Origin: an uncultured Trueperaceae bacterium | GTDB lineage: Bacteria > Deinococcota > Deinococci > Deinococcales > Trueperaceae | Direction of reading: 5' to 3' | Length of the DNA: 64,000 nt | NCBI GenBank assembly: GCA_963815215.1 | Contig: CAWFFU010000003.1 | Span: 1,147,767 to 1,211,766 of the forward strand | In this document: piece by piece, positions 1-9,726 of the stretch | Layout: every line of letters begins with the position of its first letter | Position numbering within the stretch: the stretch's first letter is position 1 | Program-made: the position numbers and the translations under genes | The notes under the pieces: generated by a model | Database searches by the model: none | What the model saw: the letters and a program-made list of their open reading frames with translations, nothing else | Told to the model about the DNA's origin: nothing

Positions 1-806
1 GGGTCTCCGGTCACTTGCATCACGATCGCCATGCCGGCGACGGCAGAGCCGAGGCAGGCGATCCAGCTCACGACGGCGACCATCGCCTTGTGCGCCCAGC
101 CCCGCTCCTGAAGCAGCCCGACGGCGACCGCCACGAGCACCGGGACGACCACGCCCAGGTCCATGAACTTCACCAGCCAGAACACCGCAGGGTCCGCCAG
201 ACTCGCGGTCCCCGGCGGCTGCGCCCCGAACGAAGCGATGAGTCCGGGCAGATGCAGACCGATGGCCAGGAACGCGGCGATCACCAGCACGAAGCCCGCC
301 ACGAAGCGCGTGAAGCGGTGCGAGAGGGGCGGCAGCCGTGCGCCGTCGAGGCCCGTCCAGGCGCGCACCAGGAGCGCCCCGGCGAGCACGAACAAGGCGA
401 GGAACAGCAGGAAGAAGCGCTCACTGTTGCCCGGGTAGCGCACGAAGTCCCCGCCCAGAGCGAGTTGGACTTCCGTGTACAGGACGTAAGCGGACGGCCC
501 GAGCGCCAGCACCGGCCCCGCCGGGTTCCGCCGCAGCACCAGCACACCCGCGACGATCGCCGCCGGGGCCACGAGCAGCAGTCCTGCAACATCGCCGCCC
601 AGGATCTGATTCACCGCCCCCTCCGACGCGTGATAACGGATCGCACCCAGTCCCAGCGGTCCCAGCAGCGTCACCATTGCCGTGCCCAGTCCCAGGACGA
701 TCGCGCCGACCCCGAACGCGGATCCGCCGCCGCTGTCCGCTCTCGGGCGCCCACCCCCGCGGCCCCTCGCATCCGTCCGGTCTGTGTCCGTCCTCGTCGT
801 CTCCAT
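1..806 (-). CDS. Polytopic membrane protein of unknown function (3' end runs off the window)
   Basis: Not in the ORF track. Manual translation from ATG at 806 (purine-rich GGAAGGTGG upstream) gives METTRT...FGVGAIVLGLGTAMVTLLGPLGLG...LALGPSAYVLY...FFLLFLALFVLAG, with several hydrophobic helices. The + strand ORF 15..941 looks like its antisense shadow. Confidence 0.75.
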   Translation of the reverse strand, partial: METTRTDTDRTDARGRGGGRPRADSGGGSAFGVGAIVLGLGTAMVTLLGPLGLGAIRYHASEGAVNQILGGDVAGLLLVAPAAIVAGVLVLRRNPAGPVLALGPSAYVLYTEVQLALGGDFVRYPGNSERFFLLFLALFVLAGALLVRAWTGLDGARLPPLSHRFTRFVAGFVLVIAAFLAIGLHLPGLIASFGAQPPGTASLADPAVFWLVKFMDLGVVVPVLVAVAVGLLQERGWAHKAMVAVVSWIACLGSAVAGMAIVMQVTGD

Positions 807-985
807 CGGTACGTCCCACCTTCCAGTGGCTTCGCTGGCAGTGTGGGGGTGCACGCGAACCGTCCCAAGGGCCGAACGTCCCGCGCCCCTGTTGGACGTG
901 CCGCTACCGCTCACCGCCAACGACGTCCTCACCGGACGTGACGTGCTCGCGGCCTGGTTGCGGAACCTGGAGCCCTAGGCCGGCG

Positions 986-1933
986 TCACGTGGCCGCTGC
1001 CGACGCGCGCCCCGCGAGTGCGGCGAAGGCGTCCCGCAGCGCCTGGGGGCCGTGCACGCGCAACGGGCACCCGAGGCCGAGCAGCATCGCCGCGAACGGC
1101 TCGAGCTCGTCGCGCGTGCACCGGAGCAGCGTGCCTCCGTCGGCGGCCTCCAGCGACACCCTCCAGGGCTCCAGCCGCCGGACAGCGGCCTCGGGCGAGA
1201 GACCGAGCCATACCTCGACGTCGTGCGGCTCCTTCACGAACGGCAGCGACGCGACGAGGAACTGGCGCGCGTCGAACGCGGCGGGGCGCTCGAATGCGCC
1301 GTCGGCCTCGACCACGTCCGTCACGCGATCCAGTCGAAACGTGCGCAGGGCGCGGCGCATCTGGCAGTGGCCCACCAGGTACCAGCGACCGTCCAGATGC
1401 ACCAGGCCGTACGGCTCCACCGACCGTTCGCTCGCCACCCCGTCGTGCGTCGTGTAGCGGAACCTCACCGTGCGCCTAGCGCGGATGGACGCGGCGACCG
1501 TGAGCACCGTCGCGGGGTCGATGGCCACCGTCCACCGGCCCGCCTCGAGCGTCACCGCCTCTTCGACGTCCCCGACGCGCTCCCGCACCGCATCCGGCAG
1601 CACGCGCGTCAGCTTCGCCGACGCCCCCTCCGCCGCCGGGGCGAACGCTTCCAGACCGACATGCCGGAGGGCCCGCAGCCCGAGCGCTAGCGCGAACGCC
1701 TCCTCGTCGGTGAACATCAGGGGCGGGAGCCGGAAACCGGGGCGCAGCCGGTAGGCTCCACCCACCCCGGGCGTGCCCTCCACCGGGATCCCGAGGTCCT
1801 GGAGCCGCGCCACATAGCGCTGGACCGTGCGGCGGCTCACCTCCATCCTCCGGGCGAGCTCGGGTCCCGTGACACGCTCGCGCGCCTGCAGGATCTCCAG
1901 CACCGTCAACACCCGCATCACCGGGTCGTACAT
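986..1933 (-). CDS. YafY/PafC-like HTH-WYL transcriptional regulator
   Basis: N-terminal HTH (ELARRMEVSRRTVQRYVARL), LPPLMFTDEEA linker, WYL motif (VEPYGLV..GRWYLVGHC..R..LRTFRLDRV). Leaderless: TATCCT 6 nt before the ATG. Confidence 0.95.
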   Translation of the reverse strand: MYDPVMRVLTVLEILQARERVTGPELARRMEVSRRTVQRYVARLQDLGIPVEGTPGVGGAYRLRPGFRLPPLMFTDEEAFALALGLRALRHVGLEAFAPAAEGASAKLTRVLPDAVRERVGDVEEAVTLEAGRWTVAIDPATVLTVAASIRARRTVRFRYTTHDGVASERSVEPYGLVHLDGRWYLVGHCQMRRALRTFRLDRVTDVVEADGAFERPAAFDARQFLVASLPFVKEPHDVEVWLGLSPEAAVRRLEPWRVSLEAADGGTLLRCTRDELEPFAAMLLGLGCPLRVHGPQALRDAFAALAGRASAAAT

Positions 1934-1965
1934 GCCGCGAGGATAGCGGATCTCCGCGCGCCGGA

Positions 1966-2002
1966 ATCGGCGTCATGTCCTGTCGCTGATCCGCGCTAGG
2001 GT
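1966..2002 (+). promoter_or_regulatory. Imperfect palindrome (candidate WYL-regulator site) next to a -10-like TAGGGT for dinB
   Basis: ATCGGCGTCA-TGTCC-TGTCGCTGAT (1966-1990, 8 of 10 arm positions complementary), then TAGGGT at 1997-2002. Confidence 0.55.
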
Positions 2003-2069
2003 GCTCGTAGCGGACTCGGCCGCCGGAACCGGCCCGGCGCGACCGTCTCCCCCCACGAGGAGCCCGACC

Positions 2070-2585
2070 ATGACGAACCTCTCTCCCACCGCCCTCACCA
2101 CCGACATGCTGCTCGAGCACTGGCAGGGCCACCGCCGCCTGACCCGGCGCGTCCTCCAGGCCTTCCCCGAAGACGAGCTGTTCACCTTCAGCGCCGGAGG
2201 TATGCGCACCTTCGGTGCGCTCGCCACCGAGATGCTGCAGATGATCGCGCCGACCATGAAGGGTGTGCTCGAGGACGACTGGACGTCCGGCGGCTACGGC
2301 GACCCCGGACCCGACACCAAGGACGACCTTCTCGACGCCTGGGACGCCGCCGACCGCGTCCTCGCCGAGAGCTGGCCGAAGATCCCGGCCGAACGCTTCG
2401 GCGAGACCGCCAACGCCTTCGGGTTGTGGACGGCGCCCGTCGTCACCACGCTGATGTACCTCATCGACAACGAGGTCCATCACCGCGGCCAGGGCTACGT
2501 CTACCTCCGCATGCTCGGCATCGACCCGCCCCTGTTCTACCAGCGCAGCCCGGCCCTCGCCGAGCCCGATGACGAAGGGGCGTGA
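2070..2585 (+). CDS. DinB/YfiT-like family protein
   Basis: HWQGHRRLTRRVL..FPEDELF, MRTFG, and C-terminal NEVHHRGQGYVYLRMLGIDPP. AGGAG RBS before ATG 2070. Confidence 0.92.
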   Translation: MTNLSPTALTTDMLLEHWQGHRRLTRRVLQAFPEDELFTFSAGGMRTFGALATEMLQMIAPTMKGVLEDDWTSGGYGDPGPDTKDDLLDAWDAADRVLAESWPKIPAERFGETANAFGLWTAPVVTTLMYLIDNEVHHRGQGYVYLRMLGIDPPLFYQRSPALAEPDDEGA

Positions 2586-3643
2586 CCGACTCCGAGAGCA
2601 TCGCCGCCTGGCGCCTCGCCTCCCAGCTGCTCGAGCCCCGCGCGCCCCTCGACCCGGCGGCCGTGGTCGCGCGCCTGTGCGGCGTCCAGGCCCAGGATCC
2701 GCGTAAGGCTCCCTGGGCCGTCGGCGTGCGCGCGCCCGGGGTCACGCTCGAGCGGGTCGACGAAGCGCTGCGCGACGGGCGGGTGATACGCACCTGGATG
2801 TTCCGGGGCACCCTCCACTACGTGGCGGCCGAAGACCTCGCCTGGCTCCGCGAGCTGCTGGCCCCGGGTGTGGTGGCCAGGGCGGCGAGGCGATACCGCG
2901 AGCTAGAGCTCGACGAGGCCACGTTCGACCGCAGCCGCGGGATCCTACAGACCGTGCTCGATGGGAAGGGCGCCGTCGGCCGGGCGGAGCTCGCCCGCCG
3001 GCTCGAGGACCACGGTATCGACACCGCCGGGCAACGGCTCCCCCACCTGCTGCAACGTGCAGCGCTCGACGGCGTGCTGGTGTGCGGGCCGTCGCGCGCG
3101 CCGGGCGCGGACTACAAAGCGGCGCCCCCCACCCCCGCGGAGCTCGTTCAGGGGTCCGAGGCGCTCGCACGGCTGGCGCGGCGCTACCTCGAAGGACACG
3201 CCCCCGCGACCGTCCACGACTTCGCGTGGTGGTCCGGGCTCTCCGTGCGAGACGCGCGCCGCGCGCTGCAGGGCTCCGGGGGCGAGGAGCTGCGCTTCGG
3301 TCCACGTACCCTCTGGACGATCGGCTCCGCTCCGGAACCGCCACCTCGGGGCGGCGTCCGGTTGCTCCCACCCTTCGACGAGTATCTCGTCGGCTACGAG
3401 GATCGGACGGCCGCTCTCGCCCCCGAGCACGCCAGGCGCGTGAACGCCGGCGGCGGCATGCTGGCGCCCACCGTGATCGTCGGCGGAGCTGTGATCGGCA
3501 CCTGGCGCTACGACGCGGCCGCCGGCGCCGCCACGGTAGACCCCTTCCGTGCGCTGAGCGTCGACGAGCGCGACGGGATCGACGTTGCAGCGGCCGAGGT
3601 CGCCGCGTTCCACCAAGCGGCGCGGGGCGCGCGACCGGTGTGA
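2582..3643 (+). CDS. AlkZ-like (HTH_42 winged-helix) DNA glycosylase family protein
   Basis: GVQAQD (QxQ motif), TWMFRGTLH, DFAWWSGL, LLPPFDEYLVGY, GGAVIGTW. GTGA overlap with dinB. Confidence 0.88.
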   Translation: MTDSESIAAWRLASQLLEPRAPLDPAAVVARLCGVQAQDPRKAPWAVGVRAPGVTLERVDEALRDGRVIRTWMFRGTLHYVAAEDLAWLRELLAPGVVARAARRYRELELDEATFDRSRGILQTVLDGKGAVGRAELARRLEDHGIDTAGQRLPHLLQRAALDGVLVCGPSRAPGADYKAAPPTPAELVQGSEALARLARRYLEGHAPATVHDFAWWSGLSVRDARRALQGSGGEELRFGPRTLWTIGSAPEPPPRGGVRLLPPFDEYLVGYEDRTAALAPEHARRVNAGGGMLAPTVIVGGAVIGTWRYDAAAGAATVDPFRALSVDERDGIDVAAAEVAAFHQAARGARPV

Positions 3644-3742
3644 GCGCGACCGGTGCGAGCGCGACCCCTGCCGGCGCCGCCAACGCCACCGTGGCCCGGT
3701 CGTCAGGGATCTCTGTCGGGAGCGGGCCCCGCCGCTCAGGGG

Positions 3743-3771
3743 TTGACGCCGGGGCCTCATGGTCCTATATT
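3743..3771 (+). promoter_or_regulatory. Sigma70-type promoter for a leaderless marR
   Basis: TTGACG (3743-3748), 17-bp spacer, TATATT (3766-3771); in-frame GTG at 3779. Confidence 0.75.
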
Positions 3772-3778
3772 TAACGTC

Positions 3779-4330
3779 GTGCGAACTATCAACGCGGCAC
3801 AAACGAATGACACCGAGGCGAAGGACCGCCTGATCGCGGAAGTCGTCGACGCCTTCACGGCCATGCGCGAGCGTGGCATGCGCGGCCTCCACCGGATCCG
3901 CCGCGACGTCGCCAGCATGGGGCACCTCCAGGTGCTGGTGCGCTTGCAGGCCGACGGTCCCCTCCCCGCCGGTGCCGTGGCACGCTCGTTGGGCATGTCC
4001 GCCGCCAGCGCCACGGGCATGCTCCGGCGGATGGCCGAACGCGGCCTGGTGCGGCGCGTCCGCGACGAGAAGGACCGGCGTGTGGTGCGCATCGAGCTGG
4101 CGCCCGCCGGCACGTCTCTCCTGGAGAAGCTGAGCCGCAGCCGTTCCGGCCTCCACCGGAGCCTGGCGCGTCTCGACGAGGACGAACTGAGGCAGCTCCG
4201 CAACGGCCTCAACGCGCTCAATCGGGCCACGCATGAGCTGGCCGAGGACGAAGACACCGAGCCGGGCGATGAGGAACGCCGCCCCAACCGACACCGGGAG
4301 AGGCCCCATGCTTCTGAGGATCCTGAATAG
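3779..4330 (+). CDS. MarR family transcriptional regulator
   Basis: GAVARSLGMSAASATGMLRRMAERGLVRRVRDEKDRRVVRIELAPAG winged HTH. Start inferred from the promoter position. Confidence 0.9.
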   Translation: MRTINAAQTNDTEAKDRLIAEVVDAFTAMRERGMRGLHRIRRDVASMGHLQVLVRLQADGPLPAGAVARSLGMSAASATGMLRRMAERGLVRRVRDEKDRRVVRIELAPAGTSLLEKLSRSRSGLHRSLARLDEDELRQLRNGLNALNRATHELAEDEDTEPGDEERRPNRHRERPHASEDPE

Positions 4331-6035
4331 CTTCACCCGCCCCTACCGGGGCTCGATGGCCATTATCGTCGCGCTTCAGCTCGTGGGCACGCTGGCGTCC
4401 CTCACGCTGCCGAGCATCAACGCGGCCATCATCGACAACGGCGTCATCCGCGGCGACACCGGCTACATCGTGCGCGAGGGCGGCTGGATGCTGGCGGTCT
4501 CGCTGCTGCAGATCGTGTGCACCATCGGTGCCGTCTACCTCGGCGCGCGCACAGCGATGGCGTTCGGCCGCGACCTGCGCTCGGGCATCTTCCGCCACGT
4601 CGGCGCGTTCTCCAGCCGCGAGCTGGCGCACTTCGGCGCGCCCTCGCTCCTCACCCGCAGCACCAACGACGTGCAGCAGGTCCAGATGATGTTGATGATG
4701 GCGTTCACCATGCTGATGGTGGCGCCCATCATGATGATCGGCGGCGTGATCATGGCGCTGCGCCAGGACGTCGGGCTCGCCTGGCTGGTGGCCGTCGCCG
4801 TGCCCGTGCTGGCCGGGCTGGTGGGCATCGTCATCTCGCGCATGGTGCCCGGCTTCCGGCGCATGCAGAAGCGCATCGACCGGATCAACGAGGTCCTGCG
4901 CGAGCAGATCGGCGGCATCCGCGTCATCCGCGCCTTCGTGCGCGAGCCGTTCGAACGCACGCGCTTCGGTCGCGCCAACGCCGAACTCACCGACGTGACG
5001 CTCTACGTCGGCCGCTGGATGGCCCTGATGTTCCCCCTGGTGATGCTCGTGACCAACGTCTCGAGCGTCGCGGTGCTGTGGTTCGGGGGCCTGCGCGTCG
5101 CCTCCGGCGCCATGGAGATCGGCTCGATGACGGCCTTCCTGAGCTACCTCATGCAGATCCTCATGGCCGTCATGATGTCGACGTTCATGTTGGTGATCCT
5201 GCCGCGTGCCGCCGTGTCGGCCGATCGCATCGGCGAGGCGCTCGACACCGAGCCCACGGTGGTGCCGCCCGCGCACGGCGCCACCCTGGCGCCCGAGCGC
5301 GGCCACCTCGAGCTCCGCGGAGTCGGCTTCAGCTACCCGGGAGCCAGCCATCCGGTCCTCGAGGACGTCGATCTCGCCGCCCCTGCCGGCCAGACGGTGG
5401 CCATCATCGGCTCCACCGGGGCGGGAAAGACCACCCTGCTCAACCTCATCCCCCGCCTCTTCGACGCCACCGAGGGCAGCGTTCTCATCGACGGTATCGA
5501 CGTCCGCGACTTCGAGCCCGAGGCTCTGTGGGCGCGCATCGGGCTGGTGCCCCAGAGGGCCTACCTGTTCACCGGCACGATCGCCAGCAACCTCCGCTAC
5601 GGCAAGCCGGACGCCAGCGCGGACGAGATGTGGCGCGCCCTCGAGATCGCGCAGGCTCGCGACTTCGTCGAAGCCATGGAGGGCGGCCTCGACGCGCCCA
5701 TCGCGCAGGGCGGTACCAACGTGTCCGGCGGCCAACGGCAACGGATCGCCATCGCCCGCGCCCTCATCCGAGACCCCGAGGTCTACCTCTTCGACGACTC
5801 CTTCTCGGCACTCGACGTTGCGACCGACGCCAGATTGCGGCGTGCGCTGGCGCCGGTGACGCGTCACGCCACGGTGGTGATCGTTGCCCAACGGGTGGCG
5901 ACCATCATGGACGCCGATCAGATCGTCGTGCTCGAGGACGGCCGCGTGGTGGGCCGGGGGAGCCACGACGAGCTGCTCGCTTCGTCCGTGACCTACCGCG
6001 AGATCGTCGAGTCGCAACGGCAGGCCGCGGCATGA
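4308..6035 (+). CDS. ABC exporter, TMD-NBD half transporter (degenerate subunit of a heterodimer)
   Basis: Walker A GSTGAGKT, NVSGGQRQR, Walker B YLFDD (Asp in place of the catalytic Glu), switch Q in VAQR. Confidence 0.95.
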   Translation: MLLRILNSFTRPYRGSMAIIVALQLVGTLASLTLPSINAAIIDNGVIRGDTGYIVREGGWMLAVSLLQIVCTIGAVYLGARTAMAFGRDLRSGIFRHVGAFSSRELAHFGAPSLLTRSTNDVQQVQMMLMMAFTMLMVAPIMMIGGVIMALRQDVGLAWLVAVAVPVLAGLVGIVISRMVPGFRRMQKRIDRINEVLREQIGGIRVIRAFVREPFERTRFGRANAELTDVTLYVGRWMALMFPLVMLVTNVSSVAVLWFGGLRVASGAMEIGSMTAFLSYLMQILMAVMMSTFMLVILPRAAVSADRIGEALDTEPTVVPPAHGATLAPERGHLELRGVGFSYPGASHPVLEDVDLAAPAGQTVAIIGSTGAGKTTLLNLIPRLFDATEGSVLIDGIDVRDFEPEALWARIGLVPQRAYLFTGTIASNLRYGKPDASADEMWRALEIAQARDFVEAMEGGLDAPIAQGGTNVSGGQRQRIAIARALIRDPEVYLFDDSFSALDVATDARLRRALAPVTRHATVVIVAQRVATIMDADQIVVLEDGRVVGRGSHDELLASSVTYREIVESQRQAAA

Positions 6036-8056
6036 GTCGGCCCGGCGGCACGGGGCGTCCACCCGACTCCCACCCCACGCCGACGCAACCCGGCAACGCG
6101 CCCAAGGTCATGCAGTCCACCGAACGGGTGCGCGTCGGAGGGGGCCCCGGCCACGGCCCTCCCGGCATGGTCGGCCAGAAGGCCCAGAGCTTCGGGCCGT
6201 CGCTCCGCCGGCTGGCCGCGAGACTGCGCCCGGAACGACTCAAGGTGACGCTGGTCGTGCTGGCCGCGGTGGTCTCGGTGGCGCTGACCGCCGTCGGCCC
6301 CCGCGTGCTGGGCCACGCCACCGACCTGCTCTTCGCCGGCGTGATCGGCCAGCGCCTGCCCGCCGGCATGACCAAGGCGCAGGCCATCGCGGCCGCCCGT
6401 GCCGCCGGGCAGGGCAAGATGGCCGACCTGCTGTCGGGCATCAACCTGGTGCCCGGGCAGGGCGTCGACTTCACCGCTATCGGGCACGTGCTGCTGCTGG
6501 TCCTGGCCATCTACCTCGGCTCGGTGGCGCTGCAGTACCTGCAGGGGTACCTGCTGAACGACGTTGTCCAGGGCACGGTCTACCGCATGCGAGAGCAGGT
6601 GGAGGACAAGCTCAACCTGCTGCCGCTCACCTACTTCGACCGCCAACCCCGCGGCGAGCTGCTGAGTCGCGTCACCAACGATATCGACAACGTGTCGCAG
6701 AGTCTGCAGCAGACGATGAGTCAGCTCCTGACCTCGTTGCTCACCATCGTCTTCGTGGTCACGATGATGATCTCCATCTCCCCGTTGCTGGCGCTGGTGG
6801 CACTGGTCACCATCCCGCTCACCATGGCGATGGCCGGATTCATCATGAGTCGCTCCGGCAAGCAGTTCATCGCGCAGTGGCGGCGCACCGGCACGCTCAA
6901 CGCGCAGGTCGAGGAGGCCTACACCGGGCACGCCCTGGTGAAGGTCTTCGGGCGCCAGGCGGACGTTCAGAAGGCTTTCGAGGTCGAGAACGAGGCGCTC
7001 TACCAGGCGAGCTTCCGGGCTCAGTTCCTGTCCGGCCTGATCATGCCGGTCACGATGTTCGTCGGCAATCTGAACTACGCCGCCATCGCGGTGCTGGGCG
7101 GCCTCAAGGTCGCCAGCGGGACCATCAGCCTGGGCGACGTCCAGGCGTTCATCCAGTACACCCGCCGCTTCACGCAACCCGTGACACAGGTGGCGTCGAT
7201 GGTGAACCTGCTGCAGTCCGGCGTCGCTTCGGCCGAGCGGGTGTTCGAGCTGCTCGACGCCGTGGAGCAGCAGCCCGAGGTCGCCGACGCGACGCTCCCG
7301 GCCGTGCCGCGGGGAAAGGTGCGCTTCGAGCGCGTCGCGTTCCGCTACGAGCCCGATCGACCGCTCATCGAGGACCTGTCGTTGACTGCGGAGCCGGGGC
7401 AGACCGTGGCGATCGTGGGACCCACCGGGGCCGGCAAGACCACGCTGGTGAACCTCCTGATGCGCTTCTACGAGCTCGACTCGGGCCGCATCACCGTCGA
7501 CGACATCGACATCACCCGGGTGCGGCGCGACGACCTGCGCTCCCGCATCGGGATGGTCCTGCAGGACACCTGGCTGTTCCGTGGCACCATCCGCGAGAAC
7601 ATCGCCTACGGCCGACCCGACGCCAGCGAGGAAGCGATCCTGACCGCGGCCCGCTCGGCATTCGTCGACCGCTTCACGCACAGCCTGCCCGAGGGCTACG
7701 ACACCATCATCGACGACGAGGGGGGAACCGTCAGCGCCGGTGAGAAGCAGCTCATCACCATCGCGCGCGCGTTCCTGGCCGACCCCCCGCTACTGGTGCT
7801 CGACGAGGCCACCAGCTCCGTCGACACCCGCACGGAGCTGCTGGTCCAGGAGGCCATGACCGCGCTGCGCGGCAACCGCACCAGCTTCGTGATCGCCCAC
7901 CGGCTTTCCACGATCCGCAACGCCGACGTCATTCTGGTGATGGAGGACGGCACGATCGTGGAGCAGGGCACGCACGACGAACTCATCGCCGCGGGCGGAG
8001 CCTACGCGACCCTGTACCAGGCGCAGTTCCAGGGGCCGGAGGAACGGGCGGCCTGA
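6032..8056 (+). CDS. ABC exporter, TMD-NBD half transporter (second subunit)
   Basis: ATGA overlap; GPTGAGKT, VSAGEKQ, LVLDEATSSVD, IAHRLST. C-terminal part of ORF 4517..8056. Confidence 0.95.
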   Translation: MSRPGGTGRPPDSHPTPTQPGNAPKVMQSTERVRVGGGPGHGPPGMVGQKAQSFGPSLRRLAARLRPERLKVTLVVLAAVVSVALTAVGPRVLGHATDLLFAGVIGQRLPAGMTKAQAIAAARAAGQGKMADLLSGINLVPGQGVDFTAIGHVLLLVLAIYLGSVALQYLQGYLLNDVVQGTVYRMREQVEDKLNLLPLTYFDRQPRGELLSRVTNDIDNVSQSLQQTMSQLLTSLLTIVFVVTMMISISPLLALVALVTIPLTMAMAGFIMSRSGKQFIAQWRRTGTLNAQVEEAYTGHALVKVFGRQADVQKAFEVENEALYQASFRAQFLSGLIMPVTMFVGNLNYAAIAVLGGLKVASGTISLGDVQAFIQYTRRFTQPVTQVASMVNLLQSGVASAERVFELLDAVEQQPEVADATLPAVPRGKVRFERVAFRYEPDRPLIEDLSLTAEPGQTVAIVGPTGAGKTTLVNLLMRFYELDSGRITVDDIDITRVRRDDLRSRIGMVLQDTWLFRGTIRENIAYGRPDASEEAILTAARSAFVDRFTHSLPEGYDTIIDDEGGTVSAGEKQLITIARAFLADPPLLVLDEATSSVDTRTELLVQEAMTALRGNRTSFVIAHRLSTIRNADVILVMEDGTIVEQGTHDELIAAGGAYATLYQAQFQGPEERAA

Positions 8057-8071
8057 GGCGACCGCGGGCGC

Positions 8072-8452
8072 TCACGCCAGCCGGGGCATGTCCCGGCTGG
8101 CCACCACGTCGACCCCCGTGCCCAGCGCATCGGCCAGCACCACAGCCCCCAGCGCCACCGGCGCCGTGAGGGTCAGGGCGTGCAGGGCGCGGCACAGGGC
8201 CAGCACCTCGGCCTTGGGGACCGCCTCTCGCGTCCGCACCGGCAGGCGCGCCCACCGGCCCCCTTCGATCCGTACCGTGGTGGCCACCATGCGGCGCGGG
8301 TCGCTGTGCTCCTGGTGAGCGAACTCCAGACCGCGCTTGCAGGAGTTGCCGCGCACCTCCACCCCGCCCGTCGCGTCCTCCTCCACCTCGAGCCGGCACC
8401 CCAGCGGACATCCGATGCAGAGGTACTCGCTCCGATCGCCGCGCGCGCTCAT
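8072..8452 (-). CDS. DUF1667 domain protein (small CxxCxxxC subunit)
   Basis: CIGCPLGC...GNSCKRG...P.RMVATTV. Confidence 0.88.
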   Translation of the reverse strand: MSARGDRSEYLCIGCPLGCRLEVEEDATGGVEVRGNSCKRGLEFAHQEHSDPRRMVATTVRIEGGRWARLPVRTREAVPKAEVLALCRALHALTLTAPVALGAVVLADALGTGVDVVASRDMPRLA

Positions 8453-9726
8453 GCCGTCCCCTCCTCGCGGGGCACCACGTCGACGCGCAGGGTGTCGCCG
8501 TGGAAGGCCTCCAGGAAACGCGGGCGCACCTTGAGCGTGACGGTCTCGCCCGGGACCACGTAGCGCAGCGGGCGTTCATAGACGTCGCCCAGCCGCAACG
8601 TGCAGGGCTTGAGCGAGCGGCTCACCCGCAGGTACACCACATGCTCGCGATCGGTGGTGATGGTGTGCGGCACGCACGAGTGCACGTTCTCGCCCGGGAC
8701 CAGGCGCACGTTGTCGGAAGCCGCCGGCGTTCCCAGCGCGAAGGCCCCGGCGCTGCGGCCCGCCAGTAGCGACTCCTCGGTCACGTAGTCGACCAGATCG
8801 TGGATGTGCACCACGTTTCCGCACGCGAACACCCCGTCGCGCGAGGTCTCCATGCCGCTCGTCACCACCGGACCGGTCGTCACCGGGTCGAGGCGTAGCC
8901 GCAGGCGACGCGACAACTCGTTCTCAGGGATCAGCCCGATGGACAGCAGCAGCGTGTCGCACGGCACCTCCCAGCCGCGCTCCGGCAGCGGCCGGAAGGC
9001 CTCGTCGACGGGCGCCACGCTCACGCGCTCGACGCGCTCCCGGCCGTGGATGCGGGTGACGGTGGTGGACAGGTGGAGCGGGATGTCGAAGTCCTGCAGG
9101 CATTGCACCACGTTCCTTGACAGGCCGTTGACGTGCGGCAGGATCTCGAAGACCCCCAGCACCTCCGCCCCCTCGAGCACCAGCCGGCGCGCCATGATCA
9201 GGCCGATGTCACCCGAGCCCAGCACCACCACCCGACGGCCCGGCAGGTACCCCGCCTGGTTGACGAGCTTCTGGGCGAACCCGGCCGTCATCACGCCGGC
9301 AGGGCGCTGACCGGGGATGCGTACCGCGCCTCGGGTGCGCTCCCGCGCCCCCATGGCGAGCACCACGGCTCTCGCCGCGACCTCGCGGACACCGTGCTCG
9401 GGCGACATCAGCGCGGTGCGACGGTCGCTGTCGATGTCGAGCACGTAGGCGTCGGTGAGGACATCGACATCGTGTTCGACGACCTGCTCGAGGAAGCGCT
9501 GAGCGTACTCGGGGCCGCTGAGCTCCTCCTTGAAGTGGTGCAGACCGAAGCCGTTGTGGATGCACTGGTTGAGGATGCCGCCGGTCTCCGGCTCGCGGTC
9601 GACCATCAGCACGCGCTCCGCACCCGCCTCACGCGCCCCCAGCGCGGCGGCCATGCCCGCGGGACCGGCCCCTACCACCAGCACGTCGTAACTCGAGCGG
9701 AGCTGGAGCGGACGGGCGCTAACCAT
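8449..9726 (-). CDS. NAD(P)/FAD-dependent oxidoreductase
   Basis: [45 protein letters not shown]. Confidence 0.9.
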   Translation of the reverse strand: MVSARPLQLRSSYDVLVVGAGPAGMAAALGAREAGAERVLMVDREPETGGILNQCIHNGFGLHHFKEELSGPEYAQRFLEQVVEHDVDVLTDAYVLDIDSDRRTALMSPEHGVREVAARAVVLAMGARERTRGAVRIPGQRPAGVMTAGFAQKLVNQAGYLPGRRVVVLGSGDIGLIMARRLVLEGAEVLGVFEILPHVNGLSRNVVQCLQDFDIPLHLSTTVTRIHGRERVERVSVAPVDEAFRPLPERGWEVPCDTLLLSIGLIPENELSRRLRLRLDPVTTGPVVTSGMETSRDGVFACGNVVHIHDLVDYVTEESLLAGRSAGAFALGTPAASDNVRLVPGENVHSCVPHTITTDREHVVYLRVSRSLKPCTLRLGDVYERPLRYVVPGETVTLKVRPRFLEAFHGDTLRVDVVPREEGTA

